Origin: Eledone cirrhosa | Taxonomy: Eukaryota | Assembly: GCA_964016885.1 (NCBI GenBank) | Contig: OZ024743.1 | Location: 156,364,001 to 156,428,000, forward strand | Reading direction: 5' to 3' | Length of the DNA stretch: 64,000 nt | Shown: positions 40,281-53,391 of the stretch, piece by piece | Numbering within the stretch: the first letter of the stretch is position 1 | How the letters are laid out: every line of letters begins with the position of its first letter | Notes under the pieces: model-generated | What the model saw: only the letters and a program-made list of their open reading frames with translations | Databases searched by the model: none | Told to the model about the DNA's origin: nothing | Made by a program: the position numbers and the translations under genes

Positions 40281-40364
40281 TCTCCTGATGATTTACAAGC
40301 CTCGTGGATTTATCTAAGACTGGGTATATCCAAAAAGTGGAACGAAACCACCGGTTGGTAGAGA
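40281..40364 (+). ncRNA. Type I hammerhead ribozyme, long stem II, GUA site
   Basis: tctc CTGATGA tttac..tggat..atcca..gtggaac GAA acca(ccggt)tggt a gaga, in a TA-flanked block (40050-40663). The first stem II pair is mismatched. Confidence 0.7.
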
Positions 40365-40701
40365 CTTTGAGAATTCTGGTAATAATTATGTGCATTTTTT
40401 CTTCAAACTTCTATTTTGTTCCTAATTCCGTGTAGTTAACTATTTGTCTAGTCAATTCTACAGGCTAGAAGAAATAATTAGGTAAGTGTCATATGGCTGT
40501 ACATCGCGGAAAAGAATCTGTATCATTTGTCTGTTATTTCTTCATAAGTACATTTTAAAATTATAGCCTCGTTTAAATGATTTTTTTTATGTGGTTAATT
40601 TATACTGATTAGGAGGCGAAATACTGTATATATTTTATCTAATGATTCTTTGGACTTACATTTATATATATATATATATATATGCGTATATATATATACA
40701 T

Positions 40702-40739
<38 letters not shown>

Positions 40740-41335
40740 GGGCTGTAGGATAATCATCGTATAAATACGCAAGCGTTTAGAGTATTCAGTTAAGTATAAT
40801 TAGTTTTAACAGTGACATGTATAATTACTTAAGTTTCGTTGGTTGTTCTCCCCTTTCATTCAGCGTGCCATACTAAGAAAAACGGCTTCCAACCGTAGAG
40901 ATACAGAGTTCTAATAGCAAATTATCCTGACTGATCTATAAATCGGCAAATACCTTAATTAATGTAAATGGAATGGGGTAACTATATGAAAAACAAAGGT
41001 AGGCAACTTGGGATTCACACGCAGCCCAGGGATTCAATTGAAAAGTCGAAAACACCAAGCTCAATTACTCAAGTCAATATTTTCAGAAAAAAAGACTGCT
41101 TCATGTGAAAAGAGATTGAAGCAGTCGTATATTTAAGTAGCGCTCCTTTGAAGCAAGTTCTGAGAGAATATTCGATTTCTCCGATCAACACAGTGGCAGA
41201 ATTTCACAGGATTAACGTATGTGTGGAACCTTTCAACATATTCCATTAAAGTGAGAATGGTGTGCGGCTATCATTGAGGTTCTACGCATGGTTTGCGAGT
41301 TGATTGGTCTGTTTATTGTCAGAATGCCTGAAGGC

Positions 41336-41371
<36 letters not shown>

Positions 41372-41396
41372 AGATACAAATGTACACACACACACA

Positions 41397-41548
<152 letters not shown>

Positions 41549-41742
41549 CTGTGCAAAATTGCCATACCGCCCTGATCTTATTATAAACCTGCAAACATAT
41601 GCAATTGGCTCCAATTCGTGGAAAAATGTCTACGGAAACAAACGCACACTCAAACACAGACAAACATACACACATACACACAAGCACAGACACACAGACA
41701 CACACATTTACATACGTATATTTATATACAATAGTAATAATC

Positions 41743-41842
41743 GTTTCTACTTTTTGGTACAACGCCAGCAATTACCCATGCATTAATGGTACGGTATGTT
41801 ATCGACCCGTAAGGATGAAAGGCAAAGTTAACCTCGGTGGTA
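41743..41842 (-). mobile_element. SINE fragment, same family as 22636 and 24728
   Basis: ttatcgacccgtaaggatgaaaggcaaagttaacctcgg. Confidence 0.75.
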
Positions 41843-41989
41843 TATACAATGGTAATAATAATTATAGGAATATTTTTTGCTCGATGTACTGATAGGATCA
41901 TGCAACGATGTTATATAGTTGCAGTGTTTTACAAACCAAGTAATATAAATGTTTCAAGTATTTGGTAACAGTCAATTGTTTCTATCCTG

Positions 41990-42631
41990 GTTATGCAACA
42001 TAGAATTTGCATCACCAGTCTGGAACCCCTAACTTGCTCATAATAATGACCGCCTGGAAATTGTTCAGAGACGTGCAACTAAGCGAATGCCCTCCATCAG
42101 GAATCTACCATTCACTGAATGCATTCCTTCCCTGAGCATTGATACATTGAATCTCCGACGTCTGGCAATTGACTTGATAAACACACACAAAATTATTAAC
42201 CATCTTACCAAAAACAATCCTGAGCACCTTTTTGATTTCCACGTGTCTATCACACTGGGGCATGCCAACAAATTCAGAAAACAGCACAGCTCCCTGACTT
42301 TCGGAAACATTTTTTCACGCTCAGAGTTGCTGAAGCATGGAACAAACTACCTGCATCAGTTATTAAATGTCGAGAAACTGCATCCTTTAAAACCTCCATG
42401 CTTCTAGAGATTCGCTAACACTATACCTGATATCCCCCTCCATACACACGCACACATGGATTTCATGACTCGTACACTGGTCATTTTCCTGACATTTGTA
42501 CATTATTTTATGTACTATACATGCACCTTTTATGAGTTGTAGGGCACCTGAGCACTGTACACAATAATATTTTTTTAATAATTATTATTAAGATTATTAT
42601 TATTAAGATTATTATTATTATTATTATTATT
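41990..42631 (+). mobile_element. CR1-like LINE 3' end with (TTA)n tail
   Basis: IEFASPVWNP..RLEIVQRRATK..LNLRRLAIDLINTHKI..GHANK..RKHFFTLRVAEAWNKLP, then 3' UTR and (TTA)n at 42577-42631. Confidence 0.85.
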
Positions 42632-45600
42632 GGTGAAGCCACGGTTCTTATCGGCTCCAGTTTTTTTCAACGTTTACCTCGTTTTCAAAAGTTCTAAACC
42701 TTTTATTTAAGTTTTAATTTGATAAAAGTTTAGAAGAAGTGACCCACGTAATACAGGGGTTCACTCGTAAATAATACGGCACCTCTTTACGAGGTGTCGT
42801 ATTTGTGTAAACATGTTTTTGAAAAAAGAAAAAATACAACATGGATAACACAAGAAAGGGAGAGAGCGCTGTGAGACAATACAGAGAGAGGAGACTTTAT
42901 CAGCATGTCAACAACACAGCGTTCCAGCGGAGGTAAATATAAACGAAAATATTACGAAGGAAAAGAGGATTGTTACAGATTTAAAATTACCAAATATTTC
43001 TAGCACAAACAACACCAACAATAACACCAACAACAACACCAACAACAACACCATCAATAACAACAGCAACAACAAAAATAACAGCGGTGAATTCGAGAAC
43101 GACAATAACAAAAATAACAGCGGTAAGGTCGAGAACGACAATAACAATGACTATAACAACAGCCACAACAACAATAATAGTAGGAACAGTATAAACAAAA
43201 ACTACAATAATAACAACAGCGACAATAACAGTAACACCAACAACAGTAGCAACGAAAACATCAACAATGACATCGATACCTGTAACAGCGATCTCAGCAC
43301 CACCAGTAAGATCAGTAGCGGCAGCAATAATGGTGCTGCTGAAAAAGGGACCACTTCTTTTGGAGGTGTCGCCCGAAATATCGAGGCAGTGTTAGTAACA
43401 GAGGAGGAGATGGCAGTCGCAATAGCAATGGTGACAAGAAGCGCCAATAGAGTCTCCCTGAAACCTCAACCCGATTTTTTCAAACACCAGCAGCTACTGA
43501 CGGTGACTCACCGCTCCGTAAGCAAAATCTCACATCGGGTGGAAAGAGCCACGGGACCTCAAATCCCAAAGGCTCTGGGGTGCGTGTGGGCACGCAAAAC
43601 CCCCATCACCCAAGGCAGAAAGTATGCCACGGTAGACGTACTTTTCGCCAGCCCCCAAGAAGCGAAGTCTCACTCTTTGGAAACCCTAAAGATTGAGGAG
43701 ATAGTCTTGGTGCCCTCCTACTGCGAACAGAAAATTGTGATGGTCAAGTGACCAAGGTCCCACCCGACGTGCCATACCTTGGCTGGCCGCGTCTGGAATC
43801 GAGGACAGGACGACCATGTTGCAATTAGAGAAAATAGGGAGAGAGAACTAGTCATGTATAGGCATGCAAATGCTTATACAAACTGACCAGGAATGTATCG
43901 ACGCTATCCTCGATATCATAGACATCGAGGAAGGATACCAACTCCCTATCAGCGTAGAAGGAAGACGGCCAAAATATTATCTCTGTGGGTGGTAAGGTCA
44001 CCTCAGTGCGTTTTGCCTGCAGACGATAGAGAAGAAGAAGGCCCCTCTCCTTCCAATACCTGGTCCGTTGCTACGAAGAGCAGGGCGGGCTACAAACGCA
44101 GAAGCCCCTTCCATGGTGAGTAGGAGGGCAAGATGCGTGGCACCCGTACCAAGGCCACGGACAACTAAAGCAGCAGCATATGAATGGCGTCAACAGCAAT
44201 AGCTACATTTGAAGTAGCTGCATTAAATTGCCGGAGAGGGCTCCACTACCACCATCAACAGCCATAGAGAACATACACCTCCCAGACGCCACGGAATCCG
44301 TCATGGAGTTTGTGGCGGGAGTGAAGTAGCAAACGGACTGCCACAAACAACAAAAAAGCAATAACAAACCTTAGATTCACCCTACCAAAGCGAAGGCACA
44401 CAAAGAGGGGTAAAGGCAGCAAAGAAACTTGCAGCAAAACCACCACCATCACCATCACCACCACAAGAACCACCGCCAACAACAACCACACCGCCACCAG
44501 AATCACCAAAAATTCCAACAACGCAAACAAAACAAAAGCCGCTCACCAAACAGCTACAAGAAGAAAACAGCAACACAATCACCGCTCCCCCCAAAATTAC
44601 ACATCATAAACATGGCAAAAAAAGAACTCATACAATATATAAAGCAGCACACAGACATCACAGAAAAAAACTACTACACCCCACCAACACCAAGAACTCT
44701 CCCGACAAACATAAGCATCATTGAAATCGCAATAGAACAGTACAAATCTTTAAAACAAAAATTCCTCAACGCGGTTGGAGATAACAGAGGGTCGATTACC
44801 AAGAGGATATACACTGACATCCTCTTGGAAACACCCATGACCAGCCAAAGGGATAGTTCTACTGTCCCTTCACCACACGATCAAGGTAAGTGACCCTTTC
44901 TCACTTGCTCTGTTTCTCGTCCAACATGGCCGTACTTAGAATAGGCAGTATAAATGCACGTAGCCTGGGGTCATCTTGGAAGCAGGGTCACCTGCTCAAC
45001 GACCTGAGGTCACTAAACATAGATGTGGTGGCCATCTGCGAGACCAGTATCTCCGAAGCAAAAGCCTTCGCACCGATCTTCGGCGGCTACGATGTATATG
45101 CATCACCCAGCCGTCCAGGATCGGGGGGAGAGGTTGCCGTCCTTTTTCGGAGAGGCTTGGATCTCGTATACAGGCCATTTTCATAGACCCAGAGGTAAGT
45201 TGGTGGTGCTGGACGTGTCCGGCAGCGAAGGCAATGCTTTCAGGCTCATAGCCGTCTACGCACCAACAGGAGCAAAACGGCCAGATTATTTCAGACGTCT
45301 AGAGACTTTTCTTGGAACGTCTGCTCTTTAGTGTTAGTGGGCGACTGGAACGGTATCTTGGATACACGCTGGCTTTGTGTGGGGCTAGTGGATAGGGGAG
45401 GAGGGTACAAGAGCTTCACCAGCCTTTTCAGACGTTTTGAACTGTCTGACAGTTATCGACTGGATCACCCTAATGTCTCGTCCCTCTTGTACGTATTGAC
45501 TCTCGAGCCATTACTGCACAAAATGGGGACGTTGAGGGGGATCCTGCGCGAACTAGGATGCGGAAGATCCGTGTCAGCATATGCGGACGTTGTCACCGTA

Positions 45601-47164
45601 GTGGTGTCGAACGCCAAACAAATCGAGGCGATCGCCACTAGACTAAGCGAATACGAAGCGGTGACAGGAGCAATGATCAACCAGGAAAAGTCAGTGGGCC
45701 AGCAGCTCGGCACTTGGAGAAGCAGGTCCATGCCGTCCAACAGCGTCGTCGGGCGTTGGACGGACGAACCGGTTGAATTGCTAGAGATCTGGTTCGGTCC
45801 GGACCTCCAGACGGACAAAAACTGGGAAGAGGTGACGTGCAGGGTGGCTTCTCTCACCCATACATGGGCGGAGAGGAAGCTATCCCTGAAAGGTCGAGCG
45901 GAGGTGGCTAACGCGTACATCGCTTCCGTCATCTACTACCGCCTGACCGTCGTACCTTGTCCTAAGCCCTGACTGCGCTGGATCGTTTGCTCTTTCGCTT
46001 TTTGTGGAATGGACGCGCTCTGAGCGTCAGCTGTCCATCTGCTGTCAACACCCACTACGTGGAGGGCTGGGCTTGCCGTGGCTGATGATTCGCACGCCCG
46101 CGCTCAGGCTACGCCATCTCCACCTCTTCCTCGACGGTGATCAGGTGTGGTTGCCGTTTGTTAGACGCGTCTTTCCCCAGCTCGTCTCCTTGACAGAGCT
46201 CCTGTCCTGGTCAAGCGAAGACAGAGAGGGACCGCTTGGAGACTGGAATGTCTTGAGGCGCTCACAGCCTTCGTCAAATCGGGCAATGTGATCGGTGGAA
46301 ACTCCACCTTGGCGTTCTATAGAGGATTAGTGGAGGGGAAGAGCGACGACGTACTTGGGGAACCTCTAGGCGTCGACGAAAATAAACTAGCCAATTTCTT
46401 CTGACGAACTTTCGGGCCGGGGCCCTTGGACAACTTCCAGAAATCCATCGACTGGCAGTGCTACCGAGGAGCTTTGACAGTTCGGGATAAACTCTACAGG
46501 CATGGAGGTGCCGTCAGCTGGGCATGTGCGAGATGCGCGCAGGGCGACGAAACCTTCCTGGTCGCACTCGGCCAGTGCCCGGGCATTGCTGACTTGTGGG
46601 TTTATGTCGAACACCTGCTGTCACGTGTAGGACGGATCCAGCCATCAGCTGAGTCCATCTTGAGGATTGCCCCGCCCTCTTCCTTTAGCCGGGAAGGGCA
46701 CGCAGTTTTTATCTGTCTGGTGGCCATTGCGAAAGAGATAGTATGGTGGACATTCTACCTCTTCGGTGATGCCCTGATTAACTTTTTCAAATTTTATTTG
46801 AAAACGAAAATCAGGGTAGAGAGGGAAGTGCTCTCTTCCCAGCATTTTGTTGAAAGATGGGTGAGAGAAGCAAGTATGGCCCGAGTGAATGGGCCTACTC
46901 TGAGTATGTGTCTGTAAATTAAAGGTGGAAAACTGGGAAAGGGCACTGGCCCTGGTGGTCAGGGTCACTGTGGTCTTTTAATGGGCTTTCTCCACAAATG
47001 TCCGTCGGAAGTCTCCCCCCTATTGGGGAATTTTTTCATTGTTATTTTTATTACATCCTCTGTTTTTTTTCAACGCAGAAATGCCCATTTGTACCGTTCT
47101 GTATTTTCCTTTACCGTCTTTAATGTCTACTTCATGAAAATCCTTGTGGTTAATAAAGAAAACA
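42632..47164 (+). mobile_element. Tx1/L1-like LINE with an internal deletion in ORF2, flanked by (TTA)n
   Basis: N/T-rich ORF1 remnants. APE: IGSINARSL..AICET..IAVYAP..GDWNGILD. RT: SAYADV, LSLKGRAEVAN, C-terminal CARC..ET. AATAAA at 47152-47157. Confidence 0.88.
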
Positions 47165-49565
47165 TTATTATTATTATTATTATTATTATTCCTTGAATCT
47201 CAGTCATTGATGTTAGTTAACTGGAAAGTCCGTTGGAATGAATATCAAGCCACTACCTGCAGCCTCAGATATTTAGGACGTATCGGAGGGTTCTTTCTGT
47301 TCCCAGCAAGCATGCCTTTTGAAGCGTTCCAAAAAGCGTGAAGGGGCCGATTTTCTTTAACCATTCCTGGAAACTTTTGGAAATAGTCCCCAGTGCGCCT
47401 ATGACAATCAGGATCACTTTGACTTCATGGCAGTTCCAAATCCTTTTTACCTCCCACTTTAAGTCCTGGTATCGGTTAATTTTCTCCCTTTCCTTCTCTT
47501 GCACTCTCGTGTCGAATGGGCAGGCCACATCCACAATCAGACACGATCTTTTTTTCTTTGTCCACAACCACCAGGTCAGGTCTATTGTGTTCCAGTTTCT
47601 CGTCCGTCTGTATCCTAAAATCCCACAGCACCTTCACCATATCGTTCTTCATCACCGCCTCTGGCTTATGCTCATACTATTTCTCAGAATGTGGTAAATT
47701 GTTTACTTTGCACAGGTGCCAGTGGATCACCTTGCCCATCACATCATGTCTCCAGCCCTTAGAGGGGGTCTGGGCTAGGTGTTTACACTCGGATACAACG
47801 TGAGCCACAGTCTCCTCTCTCCACAGATCCTGCACAGTGGACTAGCCTCCGCCTTTTAAATATGTTGTTTCAACCACTTCGTTTTGAGGGCCTGCTCCTG
47901 CGCAGCCATTAACATTCCTTCTGTAGCCTTTTTGAGGTCTCCTCTTCTCAACCAGTTCCATGTCTGTGGATCTCTAAATTCAGTTTTCTCAAAGAAGGTA
48001 ATATGAAGGGATTTTCCCTGAAGGCTGCTCTTTCTCCTTGATGTTATTTCCTCCTTGGACATCTCCTGGCCTATTGTCCCCTCCTTCAGTACAGTTCTGA
48101 GCATGGCTCCTTAATATCAGTCACTATTTGTGCAGGTTGTTTTTCTCCATCTGAACACAGTCCTCTATGCTGATAAGACCTCTTACACCCTCAGATCTCC
48201 TTAGGTAGAGTCTATCTACATCACTCCTCTTGTGGAACATGTTGTAGATAGTCAATAGCTTCCTAGTCTTCCTATCCATTTCTTTTTTTTCAGCAACATT
48301 CCATCTCAGAATTCCCGCACTGTACCTAATAATAGACACAGCTCGGGAATTTACTGCGCTTATGGCATTTCTGCTGTTCAGATGTGACTTCAATACGCTC
48401 CTTACTCTCCGAATGTATTCAGTTCTTAATAATTCCTTCATTTTTTTGTTCTTTATGCCATCAACCTCCAGAACGCCCAAATACTTGTATCCTTCCTCAG
48501 AGTCAATTTCCTTCATCATCTCACCTGTTGGTATCTGGATTCCGTTACTTCTGCTCAACCTACCCCTCCTCATCACAATGACTCCACACTTACTAATACC
48601 AAACCACATACATATATCACTGCTAAAAATACGGACAGTGTCAACAAGCACATCCAACTCCTTCTCACTCTTCCCGAAGAGCTTAAGATCGTCCATGAAG
48701 AGGTGGTGATTGATGGTAAGCTCTCCCTTTCCCAACTTGTATCCTGCTCTCACTTTTCGCAGCATAATGGTCAGGGGCATCAGGGCAAGGACAAACAACA
48801 GAGGGGACAGGCTATCTCCCTGGAAGATACCTCTCTTGATCTTCACGCTTCCCAAGGATTCTCCAGTTGATGTCAACCCTGTTTCCCAGGACCTCATACT
48901 CCTGCCCAGCAACTGTCTGATGTTATCTGCCACCTTGAAGATCTCCAGGCTTTTGGTGATCCAAGAATGTGGCACCATGTCAAATGCCTTTCTGTAGTAT
49001 ATCCATCCCATCGCAAGATCAGTGTGTCTCCTCCTGCAATTCTCCATTACCATCTTATCAATAAGTAACTGGTCCATTGTACCACGTGACTTCTTTCGGC
49101 ATCCTTTCTGTTCGTCCGGTAACAAGTTGTTTGAGTGTAGGTGATGGTAGATTTCCTCAGACACAATGCTCGTCAGTAGTTTCCACATTACGGACAGACA
49201 TGTGATAGGTCTACAGTTGGTAACATCATTACCCTTGATTCGGTCTTTCATTATCAGAACTGTGGTACCTTTTGTCACCCACTCTGGTACCTCACCTGAC
49301 ATCAAGCAGTCATTGAACATGGTTGTCAGTTTCGGGTGGAGGGATGTTACATTTTTAATCCAATACCCCTGCACACCATCTGGGCCTGGTGATTTCCAGT
49401 TGGTTAGTATTTTGGCCTGCCCCTTAAGAGTTTCAACTGTGATACTCAAATCAGTTTGTTGGTGTGCCTGCTCACCGATCTCCCTCTGTACTGTCTCAAT
49501 CCACCCTGCCTGGTCATTATGTCTAACATCCTGCTCTCATATTCCTCTCCAGAATGTTTTAGTTT
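47165..49565 (-). mobile_element. R4/Dong-like RLE non-LTR retrotransposon, 5'-truncated, (TAA)n tail
   Basis: RT ORF 48124-49449, zinc-knuckle remnant near 47780-47840, RLE RPDLVVVD..CLIVDVACP..EK..Y.DL..IVIGALG. Ends in the (TAA)n tract at 47165-47190. Confidence 0.88.
48124..49449 (-). CDS. Reverse transcriptase domain of the R4/Dong-like element (fragment)
   Basis: 441-aa open frame: KSPGPDG, RPITCL, QKGC, KAFDMVPHSW, GIFQGDSLSPLLF, LFMDDLKLF, YKYLG. Confidence 0.8.
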   Translation of the reverse strand: MSITVETLKGQAKILTNWKSPGPDGVQGYWIKNVTSLHPKLTTMFNDCLMSGEVPEWVTKGTTVLIMKDRIKGNDVTNCRPITCLSVMWKLLTSIVSEEIYHHLHSNNLLPDEQKGCRKKSRGTMDQLLIDKMVMENCRRRHTDLAMGWIYYRKAFDMVPHSWITKSLEIFKVADNIRQLLGRSMRSWETGLTSTGESLGSVKIKRGIFQGDSLSPLLFVLALMPLTIMLRKVRAGYKLGKGELTINHHLFMDDLKLFGKSEKELDVLVDTVRIFSSDICMWFGISKCGVIVMRRGRLSRSNGIQIPTGEMMKEIDSEEGYKYLGVLEVDGIKNKKMKELLRTEYIRRVRSVLKSHLNSRNAISAVNSRAVSIIRYSAGILRWNVAEKKEMDRKTRKLLTIYNMFHKRSDVDRLYLRRSEGVRGLISIEDCVQMEKNNLHK

Positions 49566-49739
49566 GTTATTATTATATATATGTATTATTATTATTGTTT
49601 GCATTTATCTTGCTTTATGTTCATACGAGTTATCACCAAGTCACAACCAGTGACCTCAAGAGACAACAAGGTCCGCCATGTTCAAGAAAGAACATACATA
49701 TTCACACATACATCCTTAGTGTTTAGACTTGTGATGGAC

Positions 49740-51090
49740 TTATATTGACAGGATCTTCCTTAGTATATGGGCAGTTCCCATTAGTACTATCTTTTGTATT
49801 TCTCCTATACGCGGGTTTCCTGGGATTTGCGATAAGTAGTCGTTAGACCCCTTAGGTATCATTCCCAGAGCGCCTACAACCACTGGTATTGTTTTAATTC
49901 TCAATTTCCACATTTTTCCAATTTCTATCTCCAGGTCCTTATACTTGCTCAATTTTTCAAATGTTTTTATAGATACATTCTTGTCTATTGGAACAGACAT
50001 ATCAATTAGCAGGCATACCCTCCTTTGAAAGTCCTTCAATATTATATCAGGTCTATTTGCATCTATTTTTCGCTCTGTTTGGATGCTAAAGTTCCACAAG
50101 ATTGAGATGTGATCTTTTTCAAGTATGGGAGGTGGTTGATGCTCCCACCAATTCTTTTGATGGGGCAGGTCAAAATGCTTACACATTATCTAATGTATGT
50201 ATTGTGCAGTTCTGTCATGCCTGTTTAGGTATTCGGTTGGAGCTATAGGACTGCACATTGAAATTATATGGTCAATGGTCTCTGGTTGTTTTTTGCATAC
50301 ACGGCATAATGGGCTGCACCCATTTTTTATTATGTTCGCTTGGTAATTTTTTGTTGGCAGACACTGATCTTGTGCCGATATAATCAGTCCTTCAGTCTCC
50401 GATTTCAGTCCAGAGGATGCCAACCACTGATGGGTTAAAGTTTTGTCAACATCAGGATTGTTAGCTCGCTCTGGGTATTTTCCATACAGAGGCTTTTCTT
50501 GCCATTTCTTAGCCAGTTTCTGTAGCAGTTCTTTCTTTGCAGTTACTTTTACCTGCTTTGCTTTTTCTGTGTTTTCCATTTCAGCAGTAAATGGGACTTC
50601 TGAAATGTGTAGTCCATTACTGTATCTTTGTGCATCTTTTGTAATGGAATATGATCTTTTGATGCTTTCGTGTTTCAAAACGAGTTTGATCATCCAATCA
50701 TGTGATTCCCTTAGATATGTAGATAATCCAATTGTTGCAGTTTTCAACGCAATGTCTAACTGGATTAACCCACGTCCTCCTTCTTTCCTAGGGAGATATA
50801 TTCTATCTATATCTGCCTTAGGGTGATGCATTCTGTGCATGGTTAAGAATTTTCGAAATTTTGTATCGAGCCTACGGATCTCTGTGCTTGACCAGTTGAT
50901 GACATTGTAACTGTAGGTTACTACTGGTATGACAAGCGTGTTTATGGCATCGATCCTATTCCTTGCATTCAATTCCGTTCTTAAGATTGCTCTTACTCTG
51001 CAGTAACATTCCTTCCTTATCCTTTCCCTCATTGTCGAGTGCTTGATTCCGTCTCCTTCACAAACACCTAGATATTTGTAAGTTTTTTTC
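49740..51090 (-). pseudogene. R4/Dong-like polyprotein C-terminal part (thumb, CCHC knuckle, RLE endonuclease)
   Basis: YKYLG, GGRGL, CRVC..ETIDHIISMC, RHD, in-frame TAG at 50190-50192 where Trp is expected, then NRPDII..LIDMSVP..EKLSKYKDL..VVVGALG. Confidence 0.85.
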
Positions 51091-53391
51091 TTGATCAAGC
51101 TCTCTTATCACGTTCCCCCGATCAAGATTAATGTCTGAACTCTTCAGCAGCGTTCCTCTGGTGAACGTTGCTTTGGCGCATTTATCCAGTCCAAACTCTA
51201 TTTTAATGTCATCACTGAACTGCTTCACAGTGGATAATAGCCCTTGCAATTGTTCATCATTTTTTGCGAATAGTTTCAGGTCATCCATGTAGAACAGGTG
51301 ATTAATGGTCTTGTCATAGACTCTATATCCATGTTTTGTTTCATTGAGCATTTTACTTAATGGTATAAGTGCGATGCAGAATAAAAGCGGTGATAAAGAG
51401 TCACCCTGAAAAATTCCACAATTAATGTTAACTTCTCCAGCTTCCAGTGATTTTGTTTCACTATTCAAAAGGAGTGTCGTTCTCCATGTCCTCATACTGA
51501 ATGACAAAAACCTCCTGACAACGGGGGATATTTTGAAAATCTCTAAACATTTTTCAATCCAACTGTGTGGCAAACTATCAAATGCTTTTTTATAATCTAT
51601 CCAAGCAATCGATAGATTTTTGTGTCTATTATGACAATCTTCCAGTATCATTTTGTTAACCAGAAGCTGATCCTTACAGCCATATGAGCCTCGTTTACAC
51701 CCTTTCTGCTCAATGGGAAATAGGTCATTTGTTATCAGGTGGTCATATGTGTATTCAGTTAGGACTGATGTTAAAATTTTATACATTGTGGTCAAGCAGG
51801 TTATCGGTCTGTAATTTTTGGGATTGTTTGTCTCATCATTCTTCGGTAGCAGGAATGTAATGCCGTTAACTAGCCATGATGGTATCTTTTCTGGCTCCTT
51901 AACTATTTCATTGTAAAGTTGGGCTAACAGCTCATGAGACTCTGTGAAGGCATTTATCCAAAAGTTTTGTATTTTGTCTTTTCCTGGGGATTTCCATTTG
52001 CTGGTTTTTCTTAGAGCCAAGCGCAGCTGTTCAACTGTTATATTTTCCCATGTTTGTTCTTCAAGGTGAGCTGTTTCTTTCATTTGTCTGTCTATCCATG
52101 GGGCATGTATGTTATGAACTTTTTCTTCGGCCCAGATCTTTTCCCAGAATTCTTGCACTTCCTCCTTGGGTGGTATTGATTTAGCAGTTATTGTTGACTT
52201 ACCAATTTTTCTGTAGAAGTTTCTTTGGTTGTTCTTGAACATATTATTGTCCTTATAGAATCTAGATCGTTTTTCAAAGCGCCTTATACGAGCAGCTTTG
52301 GCCGACACTTTTTGCTTGATTGTTTCTATCAGCATGTCTATGTCACATGTTGATCTTATACTGTACTTTTTTTTCAATTTTCTAAGTTTAGTTTGTTTAA
52401 CATGTTCACCTACTTTATAGTTTGTTAAAATTTCTATGTCAGATCGGAGAAGGTTTATTTGGCGATTGATGTTATCTTGCCAAGTAGATTTCTTGTGGGA
52501 ATTCCTTTGTTTTTTCATCTTCACTCCACATAAGTGAGTGGTGACTTTAGCCGATGCATAATAGAGGTGATTTAAGTCAGTAATGTTTATTTTGTTTGTG
52601 ATGATAATGTTTTTGAGAATTATGTTAGTCTTGTGTATTATCATTTGGTTCTGTTTGGAGTTCTGGATCTTAGGGAGGGTGTCTCGTTCCCCTATGTCAG
52701 ATTCTTTCATTTTCATCCATTCGATCATAATTTCATCCTTCAAGTTGGCAAGTTCATTCTCATTCATTTCTTTATCATTTACGATCTCATTATTTTCATT
52801 TGGAGTTTCATCCTGAGCATGCACTCCCTCCACTTTTTCGCTCCTTTCTTTAATTTGTTCTGTTGCCAGTGATTCCGCCCCAACTCTGGGATTCGAAGTG
52901 TTACAGTTTACCTCGTTTTCACTGACACATGCTTCATTTTCCCTTCGCTGACTTTGTGCTACTAGCTTGATCTGATCAATTTCTATATCAGTTAGTAACT
53001 TTTTTCTTACAATATTTCTTCGTATATTGGCTAGTTTGTTACTGTCAATATAGCCTCTGTTTTCTGGATGTTTCTTTTTCCAGTTGATATATGTTTGCTC
53101 TGTATTCGATGTATTTGATGGGTAGTACATGGCAGTGTAGAAAGCCTCAAGGACTTCTTTATTATCTTCCCTTGACCATTTTTCTCTCTTTTTCTTTGGA
53201 TTTCTTGGTGGTGAGCATGGAGGGCCAACAGTAGGAGTATTCCGGTTATGGGAGGTCTCCAGCTCCGAAGTGATGGGAAGGTTTGAACCATTAGCTGATT
53301 TTTCGACCCCAGTCTGGTTCCCCTCTGAGGGACGCGGCCCTTTTTTACCCGGGTGACGGCCGATCCGGTATGAGATTTCATCATTAGACAT
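51058..53391 (-). CDS. R4/Dong-like polyprotein, N-terminal region + RT
   Basis: 777-aa ATG ORF: REKWSREDN, KSPGKD, YRPITCL, IDYKKAFD, GIFQGDSLSPLLF, FYMDDLKLF. Frameshifted at the T7 run 51083-51089. Confidence 0.88.
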   Translation of the reverse strand: MSNDEISYRIGRHPGKKGPRPSEGNQTGVEKSANGSNLPITSELETSHNRNTPTVGPPCSPPRNPKKKREKWSREDNKEVLEAFYTAMYYPSNTSNTEQTYINWKKKHPENRGYIDSNKLANIRRNIVRKKLLTDIEIDQIKLVAQSQRRENEACVSENEVNCNTSNPRVGAESLATEQIKERSEKVEGVHAQDETPNENNEIVNDKEMNENELANLKDEIMIEWMKMKESDIGERDTLPKIQNSKQNQMIIHKTNIILKNIIITNKINITDLNHLYYASAKVTTHLCGVKMKKQRNSHKKSTWQDNINRQINLLRSDIEILTNYKVGEHVKQTKLRKLKKKYSIRSTCDIDMLIETIKQKVSAKAARIRRFEKRSRFYKDNNMFKNNQRNFYRKIGKSTITAKSIPPKEEVQEFWEKIWAEEKVHNIHAPWIDRQMKETAHLEEQTWENITVEQLRLALRKTSKWKSPGKDKIQNFWINAFTESHELLAQLYNEIVKEPEKIPSWLVNGITFLLPKNDETNNPKNYRPITCLTTMYKILTSVLTEYTYDHLITNDLFPIEQKGCKRGSYGCKDQLLVNKMILEDCHNRHKNLSIAWIDYKKAFDSLPHSWIEKCLEIFKISPVVRRFLSFSMRTWRTTLLLNSETKSLEAGEVNINCGIFQGDSLSPLLFCIALIPLSKMLNETKHGYRVYDKTINHLFYMDDLKLFAKNDEQLQGLLSTVKQFSDDIKIEFGLDKCAKATFTRGTLLKSSDINLDRGNVIRELDQEKNLQISRCL

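Noticed and set aside
48362-53384. Opposite-strand and alternate-frame ORFs over the R4/Dong elements
   Set aside because: Shadow ORFs of the RT reading frames.
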